64,000 nt of DNA, from NCBI GenBank assembly GCA_038087875.1, contig JAXLNO010005869.1:310001-374000 (forward strand). Reading direction: 5' to 3'. This document shows positions 49,495 through 61,682 of the stretch, piece after piece (the first letter of the stretch is position 1; the number at the start of each line of letters is the position of its first letter). The notes beneath the pieces were generated by a model. That model was given only the letters and a program-made list of their open reading frames with translations, did no database searches and was not told the origin of the DNA. Origin of the DNA: Malacoraja senta (Eukaryota). The position numbers were made by a program, and so were the translations under genes.

Positions 49495-50277
49495 AAGGTT
49501 ATCCACATTGGTAGCAAAAACAGGAAGGCAGATTACTATCTAAATGGCATCAAGTTGGGAAAAGGGGAAGTACAACGGGATCTGGGGGTCCTTGTACATC
49601 AGTCTATGAAAGTAAGCACGCAGGTACAGCAGGCAGTGAAGAAAACGAATGGCATGTTGGCTTTTATAACAAGAGGAATCGAATATAGGAGCAAAGAGGT
49701 CCTTCTGCATTTGTACAGAGCCCTAGTGAGACCACTCCTGGAGTATTGTATGCAGTTTTGGTCCCCTAATTTGAGGAAGGACATTCTTGCTATTGAGGGA
49801 GTGCAGCATAGGTTTACAAGGTTAATTCCCGGGATGGCGGGACTGTCATATGCTGAGAGAATGGAGCAGCTGGGCATGTACACTCTGGAGTTTAGAAGGA
49901 TGAGAGGGAATCTCATTGAAACATATAACATTGTTAAGGGCTTGGACACGCTAGAGGCAGGAAACATGTTCCCGAGGTTGGGGGAGTCCAGAACCAGGGG
50001 ACACAGTTTAAGAATAAGGAGTAAGCCATTTAGAACGGAGACAAGGAAACACTTTTTCTCACAGAGAGTGGTGAGTCTGTGGAATTGTCTGCCTCAGAGG
50101 GCGGTGGAGGCAGGTTCTCTGGATGCTTTCAAGAGAGAGCTAGATAGGGTTCTTAAAAATAGCGGAGTCAGGGGATATGGGGAGAAGGCAGGAACGGGGT
50201 ACTGATTGGGGATGATCAGCCATGATCACATTGAATGGCGGTGCTAGCTCGAAGGGCCAAATGGCCTACTCCTGCAC
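49495..50277 (+). mobile_element. Young CR1/HER1 3' fragment
   Basis: Open 216-aa RT C-terminus (49555-50205); near-identical to 4340-5065. Confidence 0.92.
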
Positions 50278-50439
50278 AAAGTTCTGGAGTAATTTAGCAT
50301 GTCAGGCAGCATCTCTGGAGCACATGGATAGGTGACGTTCCGGGTCGAGACCCGTCTTCAGACACTGCAAAATCTCTTTGTTATGAGTTCCAGCACTGTG
50401 TCCGTTTGTGTATTCACCAACATCTGCACTTCTTTGTTT

Positions 50440-50612
50440 CTACAACCCAGAAACGTCTTTGGGATGTGGGAGGAAATTGGAGCACCCAAAGGAAAATCAC
50501 GTGGCCAAAGGGAGAATGTGTAAACTCCACATAGACAGCACCCGAGGTTAAGATTAAACCTGGGTCTCTGGCGCTGTGAAGCAGGGGCTTCACTAGCTGT
50601 ACCACTGTGCCG
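50440..50612 (-). mobile_element. HE1-like SINE fragment
   Basis: ggcacagtggtacagctagtgaagcccctgcttcacagcgccagagacccaggtttaatc. Confidence 0.75.
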
Positions 50613-53314
50613 TCCTTTTATAGAGTTTGCCTTTATATATTGATTTATGCTAGTTAGTTGGCTATAATGATTAGCAATTTTTGTTTGATATGCCTGTAAA
50701 CATTTACTGCATCTACCAATGTATGAGAAATTTCTAATTTACCTCCAAGATACAATTAGTCACTACTTTCTTGTACAATATCCTGCTCTGTAACCCCATA
50801 ACCCCGAGTTCATCAAGAAAACTGCTATCTTGTTCTTAACTTGTGCTGCTTTATTCAACCATCATTCCAGTATTTGTTGATCTACTTACGTTCCTAATTT
50901 GGCAAGATATCAATTTGAAAATTCCTATCCTTACTCTCAGGTTCGTCCCCCTTGGGAGGGGCCCCAACTCCTCCAACTCAGCAGGTCAAGTTGCTTCTGT
51001 GTAGGCTATGCAAAGGTAGACATCGCAGGACGAGACCCTGTATCAGGACTCCCTTATACGTCAGTTCCTTCAGCAGTTTGTTTATTGCTCCAGGTTCTAG
51101 CATCTGCAGTCTCTTGTGTCTCCATTCTGATTTTCACTACTCCACCACTAATGGCAATGACTTCAATGAGCTAGAAACTAACTGCTGGAATTCACCATAT
51201 AAGCTTTTTTGCCTCTTCTGCTTTGAGATGCTCTCTATAATCATCTATTCGACTATGCTGTTATTTACTTTTCATTATAAATTAGAAGGCTTCATGTTAA
51301 ACTTTCTTTTATAATGTCATTGTGAAGTGTCTTGCAATGCTTTACTGCACTGTGCTGACACGTTGTTGCTGAATTCTGTGCATAACCTTGCCTAGAACAT
51401 CAGAATATGTGTTTGGAATCTCTGTAATGGTATTAACATTATTGTGGCAGGGCCTCATTATTCGTACACAAATCGTTCCTTGGAGAATTAACAAATTGCG
51501 CAAGATCGGATACTCATTGCCAAAGGCCAACAGAATTGAGGCAATTATATTTGTTGCTGATGATGGGCCTTACTTTAAAAAAAAGTCTATTAAAGAGTGT
51601 CTTGCTCCATTTACTGTGATAGTAATAACGTGCATTGTAAAGAAACAAAGGATTGAGAAGTGTGACCATTGCTATGCAGCCTGAGCAAGTGGTTGAATGT
51701 GCAGAATCTGAATCCACACTAATATAGACTGAACTACTGGAATCATTATATTCTCAACCATTTTAAGAAGCGGTGTATCAATTTATTTTCATGTCAAATA
51801 TATTAAGTCTCATTGACTATGCCTTTTTGATCATTATAATGGATTATATTGTTCATAAGTACAGGGAATTAGCAATTAAGCATAAACCAAATAAATATGA
51901 TCATGAAGAGATGGATAAAACAACAACTTACCTTTCACAGCACCATTTAACAATGGAAATATGCTGATGTTCTTCATGGCAGCGTAAAAAAATCAATGGT
52001 GATGCAACTAAATAACTTCTAACAAGTACCTGACATCTAACAGGCCCTTCGGCCCACCTTGTCCATGCCAACGGAGTTAGTATTCTGGGCTATTCCCATG
52101 TGCCTGCATTTAGCCCTTCCTATCAAAATATCTGTCCATGTGTTTTTTTAAAGTTGTATCTGGTTCTACAGCTTCCTCTAGCAGCTCATTCCAGATACAG
52201 ACTATCCTCTGAGTGAAAAAGGTTTCCCCTGATGTTTTTAAATCTCTCCCCTCTCACCTTAACCCTACCCACTTTAGTTTTAGAATACTCTACGCTGGGA
52301 AAAAGACAGTGAGCTTCACTTTATCGATGCTCCTCAATAAGGCATATACCTTTCGGCATATACCTTTAACAGGATAATGTAAAATATCTATCACCACAAA
52401 CACTGTCCTATCATCTCCTATTAATTTAAATTTATGGGAAAGACAAATAGCTAAATGATAAAACCAATATTAATCAGATAACAAGGAATTCAATAAAAAA
52501 AATCAACTCTAACCAGTATGATTTAAAGCAATCTACAAAAGGCCAGTTTTGCTGGTTATTGGTCAGTGTTTGCAAATGGAGATGCCTGCATTCAGCTGTT
52601 CAGATGAAAATATGCCCCAAACCGATGCACACATGCATTTGTTACAGCCTGTTGCTGGTGTTGGAACATTACAGTAGGTTGGATCTGGCAAGTATGAAGA
52701 TCAGAAACCTTGGGCATTTTAATGAAAATTCCCAGCCTGTTTAATGGGGAAGGAATTTTGTTTCAAAAGATTACTTTGCTTTAGTGTTACTATGTTCAAT
52801 TATTTTTTAAATGTTCTAAGGTATTTTTAAATTTATCCTTTAGTCTTTTTAGTTATTTAAATTTAGTGATCACAATGCCTTGCTTTGAGCACAAGAAATT
52901 GGAGTGGGAGTAAGCCACCAGACAGTTTAGACTTGCCCTGCCATTCAAGGCTGTTCGATGCTGCCTCAACTTCTTTTCTGTGCCAGTTCCCAACAATTCT
53001 TTTATCTTTCAAATAATTATTTATCTCCATCGTAAATATACCTAATGATCTATCCTTCACGATCTGCGGGGGGGGCAGCGGATTTCAACTCTAACAAAAC
53101 CTCCATAATCTTATACTCCAACCCTGTTGCAATAAAAGGCCAGAGTAACATGCAGAAAAATGCATTAGTGTTACTCACCCAGACTACTTCACAAAGACCT
53201 CCCAAATCCACAGCCTCTACCACCAAAGCAGATTCGGGCACATGAAGAACCACACCTAGTTTCCCCTCCCAGCCCAACTTCACCCTGACTTAGAAATGCA
53301 TCACTATTTCTTTC

Positions 53315-53443
53315 AGTCTGAAGAAGGGTTTCGACCCGAAACGTTGCCTATTTCCTTCGCTCCATAGATGCTGTCTCACCCGCTGAGTTTCTCCAGCATT
53401 TTTGTCTACCTTCGATTTTCCAGCATCTGCAGTTCCTTCTTAA
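53315..53443 (+). mobile_element. Short Penelope-derived insertion
   Basis: 12-bp TSD ACTATTTCTTTC (53303-53314, 53444-53455); CTGAAGAAGGGTTTCGACCCGAAACGTT core. Confidence 0.85.
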
Positions 53444-54403
53444 ACTATTTCTTTCTTGTTGCTGGATCTAACTTTGTGTGTTCCCTCCCCATCAGCATTG
53501 TAGCAGTGCCTTCTTCAGTCCAGGATAGTGACTTACCATTGTCATTTCAAAGGCAATTAGGGATGGACAGTAAATGCTGAACATACCATAATATACTCTG
53601 TGACTAAGCACTGGATGCTGAGTAAATCCAAGATAAAAGTACATCCAATTAGATCAAAAGATTTTTAGATGTTAGGGGGATCAAAGGAAATAGGAGTAGT
53701 TCAAGAAAATGGTTTAGGGAGAAAAGATCAGCTAAAGTCTGTTAGTATGTGGAGGAGGCTTGAGGCTAAATGTGCTACTTTAGTTGATAGTCCATGCTCA
53801 ACTCTCCCAAAAGGTTTCATTTTACAGTTTTACTGCATTTTTGACCGGGGTCTTGCCATGAAGATTAATTGAGGAGTCGTACATCAGGCAGAATTTAGTT
53901 TTAAAGAAAGTAACCTTGAAACAGAAAGCAACCATTAATGGAAACATTTCAAGTTCTGAGCCACAGCCAACTTTGATGCAGACACATGAATAATCTGTTC
54001 AATGTTCTTAAGTGCCCATACTTCATTTGCAGGAATGGACATAAAAACAAACATGCACACGTCCTTCTGAAATGTAGTTAAACTGGTCAAAGCAAGTGCT
54101 AATCATGTTATCGGTTGTTTTTAAATATATAAATGATATTAGAGAAAAATAACTTGATTTAGAAAGTTAGTTTAAAGGCTTTAAGTAATTAGATTCCATT
54201 AAATCAAATGACCATAACAAATTTAGTATACTTGATACTTTAGGGATATAATATTTCCACCAACAGACTAAGTTGAGAAATATTTTTAGATACTTTCACC
54301 ATAAATAGAAATTATTTAAAAAATATTGAGATAAATTTATTACTGAAAGTATTAAGTAAGTCAGTGTTAATTATCATGAAAGCCACCAAAAGTTGCACAG
54401 ATG

Positions 54404-55155
54404 AAACATAGAAACATAGAAAATAGGTGCAGGAGTAGGCCATTCGGCCCTTCAAGCCTGCACCGCCATTCAATATGATCATGGCTGATCATCCAACTCA
54501 GTATCCCGTACCTGCTTTCTCTCCATACCCCCTGATCGCTTTAGCCACAAGGGCCACATCTAACTCCCTCTTAAATATAGCCAATGAACTGGCCTCAACT
54601 ACATTCTGTGGCAGAGAATTCCAGAGATTCACCACTCTGTGTAAAAAATGTTTTTCTCATCTGAGTCCTAAAAGATTTCCCCTTTATCCTTAAACTGTGA
54701 CCCCTTGTTCTGGACTTCCCCAACATCGGGAACAATCTTCCTGCATCTAGCCTGTCCAACCCCTTAAGAATTTTGTAAGTTTCTATATGATCCCCCCTCA
54801 ATCTTCTAAATTCTAGCGAGTACAAGCCGAGTCTATCCAGTCTTTCTTCATATTAAAGTCCTGACATCCCAGGAATCAGTCTGGTGAACCTTCTCTGTAC
54901 TCCCTCTATGGCAAGAATGTCCTTCCTCAGATTAGGAGACCAAAACTGTACGCAATACTCCAGGTGTGGTCTCACCACGACCCTGTACAACTGCAGTAGA
55001 ACCTCCCTGCTCCTATACTCAAATCCTTTTGCTATGAATGCTAACATACCATTCGCTTTCCTCACTGCCTGCTGCACCTGCATGCCTACTTTCAATGACT
55101 GGTGTACCATGACACCCAGGTCTCATTGCATCTCCCCTTTTCCTAATCGGCCACC
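54404..55155 (-). mobile_element. Young CR1/HER1 3' fragment
   Basis: LQLYRVVVRPHLEYCVQFWSP; (tttctatg)n tail. Confidence 0.92.
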
Positions 55156-55574
55156 ATGAACGTTTTTGTATAGTTATAAATAATATCTAACTAAATTATC
55201 TTGAATTCACATGCATAACATAATTCTAAGAATAGCAAAACTTAATGTTTTGAATTTGAATCATCCATTTTCCAGGCAAAATTTTCTAGCACACACACTG
55301 AACAAAAACAGAACAGCAATTTAAGTGATTCAAGTGCAACCAACTCAGCTGCCTAGATTTGGTAAACTCGATTTTACTCTGGGCAACCATTACTTGCTCA
55401 GTTCTTTAAATTTAGATCCAAAAGGAATGATTATTTTAAACCTTTAATGACAGATAATGGAAAGGAAAACTAAGTGTCCATTGCTAAAGAATCAAAATTG
55501 TCTCAGTAAATTGTGCAGATGTCATAAGACCTTCAAGATGTATTTCCTCTAATGACTGTACCACCAATACTTAC

Positions 55575-55674
55575 ATATGTGTGTATTCATCATCTTGGCA
55601 CAGAATTTGCACATTGCCTCGAGGTCATTCAGTTGACCTTGCAGAAATGAGACTTGGCTCTCCAATTCGTCCTC
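55575..55674 (-). CDS. TBC1D5: TBC1 domain family member 5, internal coding exon (C-terminal coiled-coil region)
   Basis: tttcag|GAG...ATA T|gtaagt; 100 bp encoding EDELESQVSFLQGQLNDLEAMCKFCAKMMNTHI+1 nt, which matches the vertebrate TBC1D5 motif EELEAQISFLQGQLNDLDAMCKYCAK. Confidence 0.95.
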
Positions 55675-57650
55675 CTGAAATATAAAAGACCGTGAACATA
55701 TAAAATCTTGAACAAGCCAACAATATTTGTTCACTCTTGCATCTGCAGAATCAGCTGCCTTATTAGGTATCTATTAACAATTAAACCTAGATGTTTCTAT
55801 TTTCCAGATTTAGACAGTTAAACAACGAATATTATACCTCTGATTTGGAGACTGAATTTGTAACTGCATCTATCTTTAATCAAATAACACTTTAAGATAC
55901 CGCCGATCATTTCCTGCACCATTGAGGTGTGAAAATAATTTCTTTATGGCATAACCATCATATCTGTTCAAAATTAGAATTAGAATCTACACAAGGAGAC
56001 AAATAAATGAATCAACCACATTGATGCAACAGCCAAGTCAGCACACCAACGCCTCTACTTCCTTAGTTGTCAGCCTTCTGAACAGTCCTTCTATAAGCTA
56101 AGGTATTGTCCAATTCACCTCTACCCCATCGCGAACATTGGACTTCATCTGTGGAACTGATGCGATATAATGCTGAGAACTATATTCTGCACTCTATCTT
56201 CACCTTTGCTTTATTTATTGTACTTGAATTTGATTGTATTTATGGATATACATATCAGATTTGTTTGGATAGCATGCAAAACTAAGCTTTTCACTGTTGG
56301 TACACCTGACAGTAATAAACCTAATCCTAAAAATAAATTTATTCTGTGCTAATTCATCACTTGACTATGAACTTACCTGAACCACAATGAAACTGAGCTT
56401 ACAAACGTGGGGAACAAGGCTCATGTGTTTTCAGCTATGATCACGTTCATGATTCTACAAAGCATAGACTCAAGATTTGCGTTGTTATCCAGCCCTTTAG
56501 TTCCCTGGGACACAGCTGAGTGCACCGGGCATACCAAAGATTTTCAAGCTTTGTCAACATTGAGACAATGTGCTGATGCCTAGACCGCAGGGCTAACAGA
56601 TACACCAGCCAAGCTGTTCCTGCATAGAAATGAAACTGGCACCTGACCAAGATTGCTGGAGGAAATATCTAATCAATGGTCAATAGTTTAAGATCTTAAT
56701 CCTGCAACTCTCATCACACACCCAGATTGACATATTGAGGGCTTCTACCAAATTTTATATTAATTTCAGATTTTCAGTATCCGAATTATTTTGTTTTTGT
56801 CCCAAGAATTGTGACCACTATAGACTAGATGCTATATTTTAGTTGTTACATCAACATCATAACTATAATAGCAACTCTGAAGCCATGGGCTATAGTTGCA
56901 AGATGCATTCAGCCAGTGAGTCATTAGAATCGTTAATTCATTTTGGTCCCAGACATTCACTAATTAATCAGTGTAAATTTAGACTAATATTTTTGCCGCA
57001 AGTAGTAATTTGGAAAATTATTTTTTGAACATGAAATTTCGGTGAGAGAAATATCATTCAGCATTGTGTGTAGTTGTTTCAGTTTTTGAAAATGCCCTGA
57101 ACTGCATATCAAGTCTTTTAAAATTGATCGGTTGTTTGCTCATTAGAATAAAGGGGGGGGGGGGGGTTAGATACTTATTAAGATTATTCATTACTCAGTA
57201 GCAAATCTTGCTGTTATAATTTTACTTTAGAGAGCTGCCCTCTGCTGTACAAACCATAGATTTCATTTTGACAGACCAAGATCTATTCTGAAGTAATTAA
57301 ACAACAGCATCAAATAAGATGCATGTTCAAATTTAATTAAAATGTTCATTTTTTAATGCATCACAAAGTATTTCTGAAACGGTTAATGGACTTGGTAGAC
57401 TGGCATAAAGCTGACTATTTTTAAGTGGAATTGCATGATGTAAACATTTCATTTTGCCATGCAATTGGTATTACTAACAGAAAACATACATAACTGTTAA
57501 TATCATAATAGCTACATGATGTAGATATTACAATATTATCAAATTAATTCAATACAAATGTGTATTTATGCAGTATTATGGATCGAACCTGCTCTGCCTG
57601 CAGTCATACAGCATGGAAATATGCCCTTTGGCCCAACTTAAGTACGCCGT

Positions 57651-59882
57651 TGTAGCGGCACCAAACGTGGTGAATAAAGAGGAGACCTGTCAGGCCGGTT
57701 CAAACAGTTGTTTATTCAAGGGTCGACACGTTAGGTTGGTGCGCTAACTATTATTAATGTTGTTGCTGAAGCTGAGCGAGGTTGTTCCCTCGGGCTCAGC
57801 TACCGGTTGAACACCTGGTGGTCTCGAGGTGAGATGACCTTATGTACCAGGACACTCCCTCTAGCCCATGACGTCACGTGCCCGCCCTCGTACTTCCTGA
57901 CGAGTGTTCGAGCATAAGTGGCCCGTGTATAGGCTGCCGCCACAGGACCCCCCCCAGAACCAGAGGAAGGAATAGCATGGTCGAGGGCGGCTACTGCATG
58001 TGGGTCTGGGACACCCCGGGCGTGGGTCGGGACGGAGGGCCCACGGGCGCAGTAACGCTCTGCGTGGGCGATCCCGAGGTACCGAGGGGTGCGAGGGGAC
58101 CGATGCAGAAACCGCCAGACGGAAGGAATAGCATGGTCGAGGGCGGCTACTGCATGTGGGTCTGGGACACCCCGGGCGTGGGTCGGGACGGAGGGCCCAC
58201 GGGCGCAGTAACGCTCTGCGTGGGCGATCCCGAGGTACCGAGGGGTGCGAGGGGACCGATGCAGTAACCGCCGGACAGAAGAGACACAGTCGCATCTCCT
58301 CGACCAGCTAAGGGAGAGTGTCCTGTAAAATGCGGCCCCCAGGAATGGCTGGGAGACGTCGTCATCTTTGAGGAAAAAAAAAAAAAAAAAAAAAACGAAA
58401 TAAAATAAACAAACTAATTGCTGAACTCAGCGTGGTGCGTGGTGATGCAGTGAACACAAAATGAACAGAAAAAAAACACAAATTACAGTGCAATCAGTGC
58501 AAGTTCAAATTGTCCAATGTTCATAGTGCAGGATTTGAAAGCTGTGCAGCGTTGCAGTGACAGCCTCCGACCTGACAGTGGCGCTGTTGCCGGTAGTCAG
58601 GATGCAGGGACGACATCCAGCTGGAAGCTGGCGCTGTGGACGGTGGTGAGGCTGCAGTGACGGCATCCGGCCGGAAGGTGGCGCTGTGGATGGCGGTCAG
58701 GTGAGTTCGATCTTTTCTCAGCGGCCATTTTTGTAGTTTTGTGTGGCCGCTTGTTCAGGAGGCCGCGGCGGTCATTTTGCCGGCCGGCTGAGGCGGCCTT
58801 CACCAGCAATTGAATCCCTGGGCCGGACAGGCAGCCAGCCAGCACCCAGGGATCTTCGGAGTCCACTCCGGTGAGGAGGAAAAGGGCGTCTTCGGCAGGC
58901 GCCCCAGGTAAGACCGCCCTATCGGGTGGCCAGGCCCTCGGCAGCGGCCGGCGGGGCCAGGTGCGGTGCAGGACGTGGAGCCGTGGCTGCGGTGAGGCCA
59001 GGTGCGGTGCTGGGCGTGTAGCCGCGGCGAGCCTGTTGCAGTGCCGGGTCCGCGATGAGGTGAGGCCGGGGCACGGCCTGGAGCGGAGAGGCCCGGTGCA
59101 GTGCAGGGCCTGGAGCCATGTTCGCGGTGTGAGGCCGGGCCCTGGTCCGTTGTCGGGAGTGGGAGAGCAGCAGGTACTCTCTCCGCTCCAGGAGCCGTCG
59201 GGCGTGCGTCGGGTTTGCTGTGGGCAGGAGGCTGCTACGCTCGCAGCTCCTGCAGCAGCTGGTGGGGCAACGGGGGCAGGTAAAACCTCTCCACTGCGGT
59301 AGTCGGCTCCGGGCAGGTCATGCGGGGGAGCTCGGTGGCCGTCACACAAGGCGGCCTGCCCCGTTGCCGGGAGCGGGAGAGCGGCGGCAGCCGTGGCTTC
59401 TTAGCTCCGGTGAGCAGCAGCTGGTGGGGAAGCGGCGGCATCCCAGATGTAGCGGCATACCTTATTGCAGGGCCGGGTTGGCGGCAGCGTAGTTCTGCAG
59501 GGCTGGGCAGTCGGCTGCAGACATCAGGTCTCCCGAGGCTGCGTTCTTCAGGAGAAATCCAAATTTCAATTTGGACAGTCGGGGGTCACCAATGTAGCGG
59601 CACCAAACGTGGTGAATAAAGAGGAGACCTGTCAGGCCGGTTCAAACAGTTGTTTATTCAAGGGTCGACACGTTAGGTTGGTGCGCTATTATTAATGTTG
59701 TTGCTGAAGCTGAGCGAGGTTGTTCCCTCGGGCTCAGCTACCGGTTGAACACCTGGTGGTCTCGAGGTGAGATGACCTTATGTACCAGGACACTCCCTCT
59801 AGCCCATGACGTCACGTGCCCGCCCTCGTACTTCCTGACGAGGGTTCGAGCATAAGTGGCCCGTGTATAGGCTGCCGCCACA
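57651..59882 (-). mobile_element. Non-autonomous Gypsy-type LTR element
   Basis: LTRs 57651-57944 and 59593-59882 (TG…CA; 1 substitution and one 4-bp indel); CCGT TSD; PBS TGGTGACCCC(C)GAC (tRNA-Trp-like); G-rich PPT; degenerate gag/protease traces. Confidence 0.93.
57965..58276. repeat. 156-bp tandem duplication inside the LTR element
   Basis: ggaaggaatagcatggtcgag… starts at 57965 and again at 58121. Confidence 0.9.
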
Positions 59883-59932
59883 CCGTCCAAAATACCGCAT
59901 GTACACGAGTCCCACCTGTCTGCGTTTGGTCG

Positions 59933-59933
<1 letters not shown>

Positions 59934-59996
<63 letters not shown>
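59934..59996 (+). repeat. (TCTG)n microsatellite at the Helitron 5' end
   Basis: About 15 TCTG units grading into TCTA. Confidence 0.95.
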
Positions 59997-60006
<10 letters not shown>

Positions 60007-60525
60007 GCATAATTAAAACTCTAATCTTGTCATTTTCCGGTTTGCATGTTTTTACATTTGCGCAAAAACGGTACATGATAGCGATACGATTTTTCACCAC
60101 CTTACTCGCCATTCTCCTGTGCTGAAAGTGCAACATGTTTTGTTCCGAGTGGGGAATAGAGGGAGAGGAAGTCAGTGGGGGAGGTGAGGAGGGATTGAGG
60201 GAGAGGAGGGGTAGGGAGGGGAAAGTGGGGGAGGTGTGGCGGGATAGGGTTGGAGTGGAGAGGAGTTATGGAGGGAGGGAGTGACTGAGGGTAGGGGAAA
60301 GGAGAAGCGAGGGAGGGGTGAGAGGGATTGGGGAGGGGAGCAGGAGAGGGGAAAGAGGGAGGGTGAAGAGGAGGGGGAGAGAGTGCTGGGGATGAGGGGA
60401 AATGAGCCGCGCCTGCGCAGTTGGGGGCTATGGGTGAGTGGTGGAATATTGCGTTGGGGAACGCGTTGCTTTGGTGGACCAGGCTTCCCGTGTGACAGGG
60501 ACCCAACGGGTCCCACTTAGTCTAG
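59934..60525 (+). mobile_element. Non-autonomous Helitron (same end family as 1370-2238)
   Basis: TCTAT…ATAATTAAAACTCTAATCTTG 5' motif; GGGACCC-AAC-GGGTCCC ACTTAGT CTAG|T 3' end; purine-rich interior; exact 5' end obscured by the microsatellite. Confidence 0.82.
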
Positions 60526-61002
60526 TATACTACTAACTTTTACCTGATCATGTACAATCAAAATGTCTTTTAAATGTTGTGATAGAACCTGCCTCAACTA
60601 CCTCCTCTGACAGCCCGTTCAATATACCCACCACCGTTTGTATGAAAAAGTTGCCCCTCAGATTCCTATTAAATTTCCCCCCACTGTAAACTTGTCCTCT
60701 AGTTCTTGATTCCACTACTCTGGGTAAAAGGCTCTGTGCAGTTACAACTGAGAAATCTGTGCATTATACATCTGAGAATTTACTTGCTCTTGTTTGCCAA
60801 TTTTCACTTTGCGCCTCTTTTGCTTCCAAATTCATCTATTGATTTTTTATTGTTCTTTATTTCAATTTCAGGGTAGTAGGGACACAAATGACAGCAAGCT
60901 ACACTTATGGTTTGCAGAAGTAAAGTGTTAGCAGCATCTATGGAGAGGAAAAATGTACTCTTTACATCCTTCAACATTTCTGATGCTGCAGAACCAGCTG
61001 AG

Positions 61003-61292
61003 ATTTTAGACTTTAGAGATACAGTGCGAAAACAGGTCCTTCGGCCCACCGTCTCTAAGTCGACCAGCGATCACCCCGTAAACTAGTGCTATCCTACCAA
61101 TTTGGGACAATTTACAAACTTACAAACCTCTACGTCTTTGGAGTGTGGGAGGAACCGGAGCACCTGGAGAAAACCCACGCGGTCACAGGGAGAACATACA
61201 AATTCCTTACAGACAGCACCCGTAGTTAGGATCTAACCTGGGTCTCTGGCGCAGTGAGGCAGCAGCTTCACTTCTGTGCCACTGTGCCGCCC
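61003..61292 (-). mobile_element. HE1-like SINE, full length
   Basis: gggcggcacagtggcacag…gccagagacccaggttagatcctaac; tail ctctaaagtctaaa. Confidence 0.82.
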
Positions 61293-61486
61293 AAAACAGA
61301 TTTTCTGGTTTTATTTCAGATTTCCAGCCTCTGCAGGCTTTTAAAAATTATTTTCATTTTAGTTGAACCGTTGTAGTGAATTGTTGCATTCAGTGGATTC
61401 CATCTTATCTCCTTTCACCATTATTTATGCTTCCCTCACAACCTCTCAGCTTCTTAGTTCCCTTTTCACCATCCATTCCTCTTAAA

Positions 61487-61682
61487 AACATAGAAAATAG
61501 GTGCAGGAGGCCATTTGGCCCTTCGAGCCAGCACCGCCATTCATTGTGATCATGGCTGATCATCCACAATCAGTAAGCCGTGCCTGCCTTCTCCCCATAC
61601 CCCTTGATTCCACTAGCCCCAAGAGTTCTATCTAACTCTCTTTTAAATGCATCCAGTGAATTGGCCTCTACTGCTTTCTGTG
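61487..61682 (-). mobile_element. CR1/HER1 3' end
   Basis: catagaaaataggtgcaggag…gcaccgccattc on the plus strand. Confidence 0.85.

Noticed and set aside
58597-59349. 250-aa Pro/Arg-rich ORF in the LTR element
   Set aside because: Expected in very GC-rich DNA with overlapping ORFs in several frames; only a short gag-like trace is recognisable
60102-60516. Pro/Ser-rich ORFs
   Set aside because: Translation of a polypurine/polypyrimidine low-complexity tract inside a Helitron
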